From positions 1 through 64,000 of the forward strand of contig CAXXUO010000001.1 in assembly GCA_963666485.2 (NCBI GenBank): a DNA stretch of 64,000 nt, given 5' to 3'. The stretch's first letter is position 1, and each line of letters starts with the position of its first letter. Under the pieces are notes generated by a model that saw only the letters and a program-made list of their open reading frames with translations, was not told the origin of the DNA and did no database searches. The translations under genes and the position numbers were made by a program. Positions 18,398 to 27,394 of the stretch are shown one piece after another. The DNA comes from Syntrophorhabdaceae bacterium (lineage in GTDB: Bacteria; Desulfobacterota; Syntrophorhabdia; Syntrophorhabdales; Syntrophorhabdaceae).

Positions 18398-21256
18398 CTA
18401 TTTCCGTGCGCGCCGGCCACGGGATACGGCAGAAAGATCTTCCGCGGCACCGCTTTCCTCCAGGTACCGCTTGAGGAAAACACCGGTGTAGCTGTTTTCA
18501 ACCGACATGATCGCTTCGGGGCTGCCCTCGGCGATGATTGTCCCGCCGCGGTCCCCTCCTTCCGGGCCGAGGTCGATTATGTAGTCCGCGCTCTTTATCA
18601 CGTCAAGGTTGTGCTCGATGACGATCACGGAATTGCCGCGCTCGACGAGTTCATTGAGGACATGGAGAAGTTTTTCTATATCGACAAAATGGAGGCCTGT
18701 CGTCGGCTCATCGAGGATATAGAAGGTCTTTCCGGTATCTCTCTTCGAAAGCTCGCGCGACAGCTTGATCCTTTGCGCCTCGCCGCCTGAAAGCGTGGTC
18801 GCCGATTGGCCGAGCCGGATATACCCGAGGCCGACGTCAAAGAGGACCTTGAGCTTGCTGCGGATGTGGGGGTGGGCTTCGAAGAACTCCATGGCCTGGG
18901 TCACGGTCATCTCGAGAATATCCGCGATGCTCTTTCCCCGGTACTGTACCTCGAGCGTGTCCCTGTTGTACCGTCTACCCTTGCATGCCTCGCATACGAT
19001 GTAAACGTCAGGCAGGAACTGCATCTCGATCTTCACAAAGCCTTCCCCCGCGCATGTTTCGCACCGGCCGCCCTTCACGTTGAAGCTGAACCGCCCCTCC
19101 CGGTACCCCCTCATTCTCGATTCCGGCAAACGGGCGAAGAGTTCACGGATATGCGTAAATAGACCGGTGTATGTCGCCGGGTTCGATCGCGGCGTCCTCC
19201 CGATCGGGGACTGGTCTATATCGATGACCCTGTCTATCGCCTCGAATCCCCGGATGCCGTCGAATTCACCTACCCGCTCCTTCGACCTGTACAGTTTCTG
19301 CTTGAGAGCGGGGTACAGGGTATCCACGACAAGCGTGCTCTTCCCCGAGCCGGAGACCCCGGTAACGGCCGTGAAAATACCGAGGGGGACCGTCACGTCG
19401 ATATCTTTCAGGTTATTTGCCCTCGCACCCTTTATCGTGAGGTGCCCGGTCGGCTCCCGTCTTTGTGCAGGCCGTGGTATGGATAACCTGCCCGATACGT
19501 AAAGACCTGTGACCGAATCGGAATGCACCTTCAGTTCGTCCGGTGTACCTTGAAAAACGATGTTGCCGCCATTTTCCCCGGCGCCCGGCCCAAGATCGAT
19601 GACATAGTCGGAGGTAACGATAGCATCGTAGTCGTGTTCGACGACGATGACCGTATTGTCGAGATCACGGAGACGGCGCAGCGTATTCAAGAGCCGGTCG
19701 TTGTCTCTCTGGTGAAGCCCGATGCTCGGTTCATCGAGGACGTAGAGCACCCCGGTAAGCCCTGAGCCTATCTGGGTCGCAAGCCGTATACGCTGTGACT
19801 CACCCGAAGAAAGGGTCGCCGAGTTGCGGCTTAAACTTATATAATCGAGCCCGACATCGAGAAGGAACCTCAGGCGCGATGTGACCTCCTTGAGGATCGC
19901 CCGCGCAATCTCCTGTTCCTTCTCGGACAGACGGACCTCGCCGAAAAACCGGGCGCACTCCTCGATGGTCATCCGGGATACCTCATATATATTGAGACCG
20001 CCTACCCTGACCCAGAGCATCTCTTTTCTGAGCCGCGCCCCGTTGCATTCCGGGCACGGAATGAGGTTGATAAAACGTTCGAGCTTGTCACGCTCGTAAA
20101 AATCGGCGTGTTCCCAATCATTCTGCAATTCACCTATCACGCCCTCAAAAGGTTTCTGGCTGAAGGTGCGCCTGCCGCGAAAATCGGTGAAAAACTCTAT
20201 ACTCTCACCTTTCGACCCGTACAGGATGGCTTCCTGGACGTCCTTCGGCAGTTCCCGGAAAGGCTTCCTGATATCTATTTTGTAGTGCTTGACAAGGGCC
20301 TCGAGAAAGGGGAGAAAGTGGACGGGGTTTTTCTCCGCCCAGGGGACAACTGCCCCGTCCCGAAGAGACAGGTCGTGGTTCGGCACGATCAATGCCGGGT
20401 CGAAATACTCCTTTACGCCAAGTCCGGCACATGCCGGGCAGGCGCCATAGGGGTTGTTGAAGGAGAACATCCGCGGCGCGATCTCCGGGTAGCTGATCCC
20501 GCAGTCAGGACAGGCAAATTTCTCGCTGAACAGGCGGGTTTCCTTTTCAGTCTCTACCTTGACAAGGCCCGCCGCCCGCTGAAGAGCGAGTTCCACGGCC
20601 TCGAAAAGCCTGCGTTCGATCCCGTCCCGGAGCGTAATGCGGTCCACGACCACATCGATCTCGTGTTTCTTGTTCTTGTCCAGTTCGATATCGTCGGCAA
20701 GGTCGACGATCGTACCGTCTATCTTGACCTTCGTGAACCCGTGCTGCCTCAGTTCATCCAGTTCCTTGCGGTACTCCCCTTTCCTGCCCCGCACGATCGG
20801 CGCGAGGATGGTGAGACTCGTCCCTTTGCCCATCGCGGCGATGCTGTCGACGATCTGGGGCGCGTGCTGGCTTTTTATCTCCTTGCCGCAACTGTAGCAG
20901 AATACATGGCCGACGCGGGCGAAAAGAAGGCGCAGGTAATCGTAGATCTCCGTCACCGTGCCTACCGTGCTGCGGGGGTTTTTGCTTATGCTCTTCTGTT
21001 CGATGCTGATCGCCGGGGAAAGCCCTTCAATATACTCGACATCCGGTTTCTCCATGAGCTCGAGGAACTGGCGGGCATACGAGGACAGCGATTCGACGTA
21101 CCGTCTCTGGCCCTCGGCATAGATCGTGTCAAAGGCCAGCGTTGATTTTCCCGAACCGCTTGGCCCCGTGATGATCACCATTTTATTCCGGGGAATTGTT
21201 ACATCGATGTTCTTGAGGTTGTGCTCTTTTGCGCCTTTTACGAAAATACTATCCAT
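18398..21256 (-). CDS. uvrA: Excinuclease ABC subunit A
   Basis: Two ABC ATPase domains ([16 protein letters not shown]), Zn fingers, [11 protein letters not shown]. Confidence 0.98.
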   Translation of the reverse strand: MDSIFVKGAKEHNLKNIDVTIPRNKMVIITGPSGSGKSTLAFDTIYAEGQRRYVESLSSYARQFLELMEKPDVEYIEGLSPAISIEQKSISKNPRSTVGTVTEIYDYLRLLFARVGHVFCYSCGKEIKSQHAPQIVDSIAAMGKGTSLTILAPIVRGRKGEYRKELDELRQHGFTKVKIDGTIVDLADDIELDKNKKHEIDVVVDRITLRDGIERRLFEAVELALQRAAGLVKVETEKETRLFSEKFACPDCGISYPEIAPRMFSFNNPYGACPACAGLGVKEYFDPALIVPNHDLSLRDGAVVPWAEKNPVHFLPFLEALVKHYKIDIRKPFRELPKDVQEAILYGSKGESIEFFTDFRGRRTFSQKPFEGVIGELQNDWEHADFYERDKLERFINLIPCPECNGARLRKEMLWVRVGGLNIYEVSRMTIEECARFFGEVRLSEKEQEIARAILKEVTSRLRFLLDVGLDYISLSRNSATLSSGESQRIRLATQIGSGLTGVLYVLDEPSIGLHQRDNDRLLNTLRRLRDLDNTVIVVEHDYDAIVTSDYVIDLGPGAGENGGNIVFQGTPDELKVHSDSVTGLYVSGRLSIPRPAQRREPTGHLTIKGARANNLKDIDVTVPLGIFTAVTGVSGSGKSTLVVDTLYPALKQKLYRSKERVGEFDGIRGFEAIDRVIDIDQSPIGRTPRSNPATYTGLFTHIRELFARLPESRMRGYREGRFSFNVKGGRCETCAGEGFVKIEMQFLPDVYIVCEACKGRRYNRDTLEVQYRGKSIADILEMTVTQAMEFFEAHPHIRSKLKVLFDVGLGYIRLGQSATTLSGGEAQRIKLSRELSKRDTGKTFYILDEPTTGLHFVDIEKLLHVLNELVERGNSVIVIEHNLDVIKSADYIIDLGPEGGDRGGTIIAEGSPEAIMSVENSYTGVFLKRYLEESGAAEDLSAVSRGRRARK

Positions 21257-21489
21257 AATCGATACTGCTTCATTATCCTTTTTGAGCCTAAGAGTATAGC
21301 AGAAAAGCGCTGTAATTGAAAGCTCGCCCTCCTTTCCGGCCTACTTCTCCTCTTGCCCGGGACAGTGAAGCAAGCTTATAATTATAGTGCCTACCGGCTA
21401 CAGGTGACAGGAGGCCGGGCCGGGATAGTGCGGGGATACGGGAATTCTCGTGCATATGTTACGGGATCGACACAAGAAAGGAGGCGTTC

Positions 21490-22017
21490 ATGGATGACAG
21501 CAAGGAGCCGAAAGGCTGGAACCCTTATATCGCCGGGGCCCTGACCGGGCTTCTCCTCATCGCTTCCGTCTGGGTGGCGGGAAAATACTTCGGGGCATCG
21601 ACAACGTTCGTCAAGAGTGCGGGGCTCCTGGAGTCGACGTTCTCCGCAGAGCGGGTCACCCGGATGGAATATTTTATCAAGGAGCTCCCCAAGATCGACT
21701 GGCAATGGATGTTTGTCGTCGGCATATTCTTCGGGTCGCTCATCGCAGCGTTGACGTCGGGCACGTTTCGCTGGCAGATGCCTCCGGACATGTGGGAGCA
21801 GAGGTTCGGGCCGGGGAAGTTCAAGCGCGGTATCGTCGCGTTCATCGGCGGGGCGGTGGCCATGTTCGGCGCCCGCCTGGCAGACGGGTGACCGAGCGGT
21901 CACGGGCTGAGCGGTTCGCTCCAGCTGGCTGTTAGCGGTTATATATCACTCATCTGTTTCTTTGTCGGAGGTCTTATCGTCGCAAATCTGATCTATCGGG
22001 GAGGTAAGGCACAATGA
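21490..22017 (+). CDS. YeeE/YedE-family sulfur/selenium transporter subunit, probable selenoprotein (UGA at 21889-21891)
   Basis: Frame continues past TGA: GARLADG-U-PSGHGLSGSLQLAVSGYISLICFFVGGLIVANLIYRGGKAQ*. This matches the family motif GARxAxGCxSGHGxSG, and the extended stop overlaps the next ATG (ATGA). Confidence 0.88.
21906..21925 (+). promoter_or_regulatory. Putative bacterial SECIS hairpin
   Basis: GCTG-AGC-GGTTC-GCT-C-CAGC stem-loop, with apical G's 22-23 nt after the UGA. Confidence 0.7.
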
Positions 22018-22541
22018 CCGATCTCATCTATGGACTAATAACCGGCGCGATCTTCGGTTTCCTCCTCCAGAAGTCCCGGGTTATCCGCTATGATAAGCAG
22101 CTGGCGGCCTTGAGGCTCCTCGACATGACCATCGTAAAATACATGTTTACCACGATCCTCGTCGCAATGGTCGGGGTCTATCTCCTCAAGGACCTGGGGC
22201 TCGTGAAACTCTCCATAAAGGCGACATCGCTCGGGGGAAACATCCTGGGCGGGCTCATATTCGGCATAGGCTGGGCACTCTTCGGCTATTGCCCCGGCAC
22301 ATCGCTCGGGGCCCTCGGCGAAGGCCGGTACGATGCCGTCTGGGGGATAATCGGGATGCTCTGCGGGGCGGCCCTTTTTGCCGAGCTTTATCCCCTCATG
22401 AAGAAAACGGTCCTCACATGGGGCAACCTCGGCAAGATCACCCTGCCGCAGGTCCTCGGGATAAACCACTGGATAGTTATAGTGATAATGGTGATCATCG
22501 GGATCGGGATGTTTTGGTATTTTGAGAAGAAGGGCTTATAA
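22014..22541 (+). CDS. YeeE/YedE-family membrane protein (partner subunit)
   Basis: GAIFGFLL, GGLIFGIGWALFGYCPGT. Multiple TM helices. Confidence 0.92.
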   Translation: MTDLIYGLITGAIFGFLLQKSRVIRYDKQLAALRLLDMTIVKYMFTTILVAMVGVYLLKDLGLVKLSIKATSLGGNILGGLIFGIGWALFGYCPGTSLGALGEGRYDAVWGIIGMLCGAALFAELYPLMKKTVLTWGNLGKITLPQVLGINHWIVIVIMVIIGIGMFWYFEKKGL

Positions 22542-22727
22542 AAAGAATAGTTCAAGGTTCAAGGTTCAATGGAAAAGACAAAGATTTCGAAAAAGATCGG
22601 CATCAGGGCAGTTTCATTGAACTTTGAACTTTGAACTTTGAACCCCATTTTTTACCGGATAGTTATATTGATAATGGTGATAATCGGGATCGGGATGTTT
22701 TGGTATTTTGAGAAGAAGGGACTTTAG
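22471..22727 (+). repeat. 71-bp diverged direct repeat of the gene 3' end (22471-22541 and 22657-22727)
   Basis: Both copies encode IVI[V/L]IMVIIGIGMFWYFEKKGL*. Confidence 0.93.
22549..22644. repeat. Inverted heptamer arrays (RGTTCAA)3 ... (TTGAACY)4
   Basis: 22549-22569 and 22617-22644. Confidence 0.9.
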
Positions 22728-22731
22728 AAAC

Positions 22732-22804
22732 CGTAAAACGCAAGACGCAAGACGCAAGACGTAGAAAAAAGCGGCATTTTACGTTTCCCGTTTTCCGTTT
22801 TACG
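22732..22804. repeat. Second heptamer family, inverted arrays (CGCAAGA-type)5 ... (TTTTMCG-type)4
   Basis: CGTAAAA CGCAAGA x3 CGTAGAA, then TTTTACG TTTCCCG TTTTCCG TTTTACG. Confidence 0.85.
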
Positions 22805-22823
22805 ATTTTTTCCGGAGGAAAAA

Positions 22824-24248
22824 ATGGATCGTCTTGTCGTGATCGGGGGGGTGGCGGCGGGGATGAGCGCGGCGAGCAGTTTCAAGCGGCTCAGACCGGA
22901 AGCCGAGGCGATAGTGCTGGAGAAGGACCATTTCATTTCGTACGGGACCTGCAGCCTTCCCTACTATATCTCCGACGACATAAAGGATATCAACAGGCTC
23001 CTGTCACTTACCCCGGAGACGGCCGGGAAGGAGCGGGGCATTACCGTGCTCACGCGGCACGAGGCGGTATCGATCGACCCGGCGGCCAAAACGGTCTCTG
23101 CGATCAATCTCAACGCAAACGAGAAGAAGGTCATTCCCTACGACAAGCTTGTCATAGCAACGGGGGCGCTGCCTATCCGCCCGCCTTTCCCCGGGGTTGA
23201 CCTGGAACATGTTTTTACCCTGCGCAACCTCAATGACGGCCTCCAGATCAAGAGGTTCATCGATCACTGGCTGGCTTTCGAGCCATGCATCGGACCGAAT
23301 TGCGTGTACGAAAACCCGTACGGGATAGAGAAGAGGCCCATGCAGGCCTCTATCGTGGGGGGCGGATACATCGGAATGGAGGTATGCGAGGCCCTGAGAA
23401 AAAGGGGTGTCGAAGTGACCGTGTTCGAGAAGATGGACAGGGTCCTCGGCAACATGGACACCAGTATTACCGGCATCATCGAAGAATGCATAATCGCAGA
23501 GGGGGTAAGGCTCAACAAGGAATTTTCCGTAGAAGCCTTCGAGGCGGACAACGGCAGGGTTGCCCGGGTCGTAACGGACAAGGGTGTTTACCCGGCAGAT
23601 ATGGTCCTTCTCGTTATCGGGGCCCGTCCCAACACCTCCCTTGTGGTGGACCTCAAGATGGACCTGGGAGCCGGGGGGGCCATCAAGCTGGACGAGCATC
23701 TCCGGACCAGCATTCCCGATATATACGCCGCCGGTGACTGCGCGGAATCCACACATATCGTTACAGGGAAAAAGGTCTACATACCGCTCGGGACGACCGC
23801 GAACAAACAGGGCCGGATCGCCGGGGAGAATGCAGCGGGAATGACAAACATCTTTGAGGGCGTCGCCGGGACGGCAGTAACGAAGATCTTCAACCTCGAG
23901 GTCGCCCGGACGGGCCTTTCACCTCTCGAGGCATCCCGCGAGGGGCTCGACCATTTCGTGTCCACCATTCAAGGCTGGTCGCGCAGCAGCGCCTACCCGG
24001 AAGGAAAACGCATCACCGTGACATACATTGTCGAAAATGGATCGGGGCGCCTTCTCGGTGCGCAAATGGCCGGCGCCGAAGGCGTCGCCCACAGGATCGA
24101 CACGCTCGCCACCGCGCTGTACAGCAAGATGACCGTCTCCGATATCGCCCGCCTCGATCTCGGGTATGCCCCGCCATTCGCCACGGTGTGGGACCCTATT
24201 TTGGTGGCCGCAAATGTAGCAGTGAAAAGATTGCATAATAAAACATAA
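22824..24248 (+). CDS. CoA-disulfide reductase/NADH oxidase-family flavoprotein
   Basis: IGGVAAG, SYGTCSLPY (redox Cys), GGGYIGME, YAAGD, YAPPF. Confidence 0.92.
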   Translation: MDRLVVIGGVAAGMSAASSFKRLRPEAEAIVLEKDHFISYGTCSLPYYISDDIKDINRLLSLTPETAGKERGITVLTRHEAVSIDPAAKTVSAINLNANEKKVIPYDKLVIATGALPIRPPFPGVDLEHVFTLRNLNDGLQIKRFIDHWLAFEPCIGPNCVYENPYGIEKRPMQASIVGGGYIGMEVCEALRKRGVEVTVFEKMDRVLGNMDTSITGIIEECIIAEGVRLNKEFSVEAFEADNGRVARVVTDKGVYPADMVLLVIGARPNTSLVVDLKMDLGAGGAIKLDEHLRTSIPDIYAAGDCAESTHIVTGKKVYIPLGTTANKQGRIAGENAAGMTNIFEGVAGTAVTKIFNLEVARTGLSPLEASREGLDHFVSTIQGWSRSSAYPEGKRITVTYIVENGSGRLLGAQMAGAEGVAHRIDTLATALYSKMTVSDIARLDLGYAPPFATVWDPILVAANVAVKRLHNKT

Positions 24249-24298
24249 ACATAGTATAAATTGAGAGGATCAAATCTTCAGGACCATAAGGAAATTAC

Positions 24299-24781
24299 GT
24301 GCTCCACAACATCCTGTCAACCGTAGAAGAACGTGTCTCGATGATCGAAAGAACTCAATGGGGTGACGGCCTCAGCCGCGAGGAGATGCAGCAGTTCGCC
24401 CAGTATCTCTACGTGGCGACAGCACAGGCCGACGAGCCCATCTTCAATGAGGGTGCCCGCGAACCTTACATGTGCTTCGTTATACAGGGCCTCATCAGGA
24501 TAACGAAGGGCGATTCCCGGAAAAACGTCAAAACCATAGGCGATGTCGCGGCCGGCCGAAGCGTGGGTGAGATGAGCATTATTGACGGCCTCCCCCGTTC
24601 CGCGTCCGCGCGTGCGATCGAGGAGACCGTAGTACTCGTTTTGACCAAGGAAAATTTCGACCTGCTGCTCAAGGACAACCCGAAGCTCGGCGTGGTCCTC
24701 CTGAAAAAACTGGCCCAGCTCGTAAGTCATCGCCTCAGGGTATCGGACTGGATGCTGGCGGAATACATATACGAATCGTAA
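24299..24781 (+). CDS. Stand-alone cyclic nucleotide-binding domain protein
   Basis: IFNEG, VGEMSIIDGLPRSASARA. No HTH. Confidence 0.88.
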   Translation: MLHNILSTVEERVSMIERTQWGDGLSREEMQQFAQYLYVATAQADEPIFNEGAREPYMCFVIQGLIRITKGDSRKNVKTIGDVAAGRSVGEMSIIDGLPRSASARAIEETVVLVLTKENFDLLLKDNPKLGVVLLKKLAQLVSHRLRVSDWMLAEYIYES

Positions 24782-24788
24782 AAAAGAT

Positions 24789-24894
24789 GGTTCAAGGTTC
24801 AAGGTTCAAGGTTCAAGGTTCAAAGAAAGAGCGGTACGTCTGCCTTTGCAGCAGGACCATCCAGCGTTGAACCTTGAACTTTGAACCTTGAACC
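24789..24894. repeat. Inverted heptamer arrays (GGTTCAA)5 ... (TTGAACY)4
   Basis: 24789-24823 and 24867-24894, between convergent stops. Confidence 0.92.
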
Positions 24895-24904
24895 GTTTTT
24901 GTTT

Positions 24905-25333
24905 TTACAAGGTTTTCAAGTACCCCGACTGGCATTTCGGGCATCTTTTATCGGTTATTTCGAGGAAGGTCCTGACGTGGTCTGATCTGCAGCCGGGGCA
25001 TTCGATCGTGTCTTTTCTTAAGTCCAGCCCGAACTGGTCGAGACAATTCATACATAGACAGGCGGACATATAGCCTACGCATTCTTCCATTATATCTATA
25101 TCTTTATCAAACTGACCCGGGTCATCACCCTGAAAGGAGAATTCATCGTTGAGGAGGATACGGGCGATCGCTTCCTGCTCGTCCTTGCCTTTCAGCGGCA
25201 TTCGTGTCCCGTTCACATTCTTGACGTAGAGAAACCCGCCGTTCGATGCATCGAGCGTAAAACCGCATGCGGTACAGCGGAAACCGTCTGCTGCCTCATA
25301 ATCCAAATTTGCCTCAGCTTTTCCTGGGTTCAT
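24905..25333 (-). CDS. Hypothetical Cys-rich (multi zinc-ribbon) protein
   Basis: Four CxxC pairs: CTAC, CMNC, CPGC, CPKC. Confidence 0.75.
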   Translation of the reverse strand: MNPGKAEANLDYEAADGFRCTACGFTLDASNGGFLYVKNVNGTRMPLKGKDEQEAIARILLNDEFSFQGDDPGQFDKDIDIMEECVGYMSACLCMNCLDQFGLDLRKDTIECPGCRSDHVRTFLEITDKRCPKCQSGYLKTL

Positions 25334-25793
25334 AACCGTCCCGTTCCCGTGATACGCGATACCATTCCAGCATGCGCGCGAGTTTTGTTATCTGTTCATC
25401 GTCGAGTATATAATTGAACCTTTCCCTGGCCGCCCCGATCAGCATTGCATTGGCTTCGGCGCAATCGGACCGCGATATAAGAATGAGCGGTATGCCTATC
25501 GCGTGTGCATAACCCGCCTCGAATGCCACTCCCGTGTCGCCCCCGTCGACGAGCGCAACGATCATGTCACACTCCACGAGCATCTTGATGCATGTGTCCT
25601 TGACAAGGCGGCTTAACTTTAGTTTTGTCTCCCTGTTCCCTTCGATGTTCGGAGAGTCGGTAAAAGGATCTATGATCCGGATCGTCGTGCCGTGCTGGGT
25701 TTTGGTAAGCGCATCCCGAAGCTTTTCCAGGAACTCTTTCTTGAACTGTTCCTGCGCTTCGTTGAAACATGGATGGGCGAAATAAATTTGCAT
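25314..25793 (-). CDS. Nucleoside 2-deoxyribosyltransferase family protein
   Basis: IYFAHPCF, DTGVAFEAGYAHAIGIP, NAML. Confidence 0.88.
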   Translation of the reverse strand: MQIYFAHPCFNEAQEQFKKEFLEKLRDALTKTQHGTTIRIIDPFTDSPNIEGNRETKLKLSRLVKDTCIKMLVECDMIVALVDGGDTGVAFEAGYAHAIGIPLILISRSDCAEANAMLIGAARERFNYILDDEQITKLARMLEWYRVSRERDGYEPRKS

Positions 25794-25950
25794 GATATTG
25801 CGATGTCCTTGCTCAAATATATGGGGAATCCGTTGTCTCTGCAAGATGTAGAATTAATTTACAGGATAGTATGATTTTACAGGTTAACGGCTGCCATCGC
25901 CGTCATGCCGCCGGGTGCCCCCCCAAATTCGGGGTCCGCCCCCCCTTGCA

Positions 25951-26240
25951 GTCATCCTGGCGAAGGATTGTGTCGCAATTTTAAAAGGTCGTCATTCCGG
26001 CGCTTGACGCCCGAATCTAAGGTTTTTCTTTTGGGTCTTTTCACAAGAACGAAATAGAGAAAAACTAATAGGAACAAAACCTTGGATCCCGGTGTCAGGC
26101 ACCGGGATGACGAAGAAGGCTTACTCTGACTGGTATGGTATCCTGCTGCACATAGCAGGCGAGGAATTGGGACACACTCTTGAAGGCCGGGACCCACTGT
26201 TCCACAAGCCGTCATCCCGGTGCTTGACACCGGGATCCAG
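25951..26240. repeat. Cluster of GTCAT-type REPs with a nested MITE-like insert
   Basis: REP copies at ~25990-26020, ~26082-26112 (inverted) and 26210-26240. Split REP halves at 25951 and 26182. Confidence 0.75.
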
Positions 26241-26284
26241 TGTCTTCGTCTTTACTTTTTTTATTTCGATTCCATGCTTAATCT

Positions 26285-27394
26285 TTAGTTCGCTTGAGGC
26301 AGCGGCTCGACGACAGCCGGCGCGATGCCCTTGGGCAGAGTGACGGTAAATTCCACTCCCCGTACAGTATTCGCGACGGTCATATTTCCGCCGAGTTTTT
26401 TCACGATATGACGCGCCTGGAAAAGCCCGATGCCGAGCCCCGCACCCTTGGTCGTGTAAAACGGCTCGAACATCCTGTCGACATTCTTGATGGGGCTTCC
26501 CGTATCACAGATGATGACGGTAAGCGATCCGTCCTCTTCCTGCACGGATGCGAAACATTCTATTCCCGGCTCCCGCGCGGCCTTTTCCCGGACATTCTTT
26601 ATTATATTGTCAAAAACGGTGACCATTTTGTGCTTCTGCGTGAACAAGGTCCCCTGTCCCGTTGCCTTGCCCTTAATGTCGTAGAGCGCAAAAAGGTCTT
26701 TTGTAAGCTGGGCAAGATCGATCTCCTCCCCTGCTTCATCCTCGTCTGTCTCCGATCCGATCTCCAATGTAGCAAGTATCTTGTCCGCCCGGACATTGAG
26801 CGCCGGGGCCGATTCCCTTAAATAATCGATGAACCTGCTTTCCCGCTCCTGTCCGCTTATATGGCCGATATTGTAAATAAGCCCTTTAATGAACTGGGTG
26901 ACGTTCTTGACATCGTGCAGCAGAAAGGTCTGGAGTTTTGAAAAATTGTGCAGCGCGTCGTTGGCCACCTTAATTTTCATCAGGATATCCATCTCGATGA
27001 GAAGAAAGAGTGTCTCGAAAATGATCATGTATATGTATCTCTTATAGCCCCGCGGGCTCAAAGGGACAATGCCGAGGCTGACGGAATAATCCGGCCTGAC
27101 GATCTTCCGCACGATGGTGCGCCGGGTCCCGGGAGGAGGCCGTGTGACTGTGCTTTCGCCATAGGTGATGTCGTAGAATATCTCCTTTATCTCGGCCACT
27201 TTGACAAGCTCATTCACCTTCGGCAGGAACTGGGAGATGTCGTAGTTGCACTCCCTGTTGGCATCGACCATCTGCAGCTGAACCTTGAAAGCCCGGTTCG
27301 TCAGGTACCGCAAATAAAAAAGAATGACCAGCGCAACAGCGCCGGCCACAATGACAAAAAGGTACATCGACTGGATAAGCCTAAGCGTCATCAT
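26285..27394 (-). CDS. Membrane histidine kinase (PrsK-like H-box)
   Basis: N-terminal TM, FLLHDVKN, DTG, FYTTK, GLGIGLFQ. Confidence 0.87.
   Translation of the reverse strand: MMTLRLIQSMYLFVIVAGAVALVILFYLRYLTNRAFKVQLQMVDANRECNYDISQFLPKVNELVKVAEIKEIFYDITYGESTVTRPPPGTRRTIVRKIVRPDYSVSLGIVPLSPRGYKRYIYMIIFETLFLLIEMDILMKIKVANDALHNFSKLQTFLLHDVKNVTQFIKGLIYNIGHISGQERESRFIDYLRESAPALNVRADKILATLEIGSETDEDEAGEEIDLAQLTKDLFALYDIKGKATGQGTLFTQKHKMVTVFDNIIKNVREKAAREPGIECFASVQEEDGSLTVIICDTGSPIKNVDRMFEPFYTTKGAGLGIGLFQARHIVKKLGGNMTVANTVRGVEFTVTLPKGIAPAVVEPLPQAN

Noticed and set aside
21257..21489. LexA box upstream of uvrA
   Set aside because: No convincing palindrome matching a LexA motif I know.
22471..22727. 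71-bp repeat as a DGR template/variable repeat pair
   Set aside because: Differences are not confined to adenines, the target is a TM helix, and no reverse transcriptase is in the window.
6265..24894. Heptamer arrays or REP clusters as a CRISPR array
   Set aside because: No series of identical 25-40 bp repeats with unique spacers, and no cas genes.
24905..25793. Retron system around the NDT gene
   Set aside because: No reverse transcriptase or msr-msd structure nearby.
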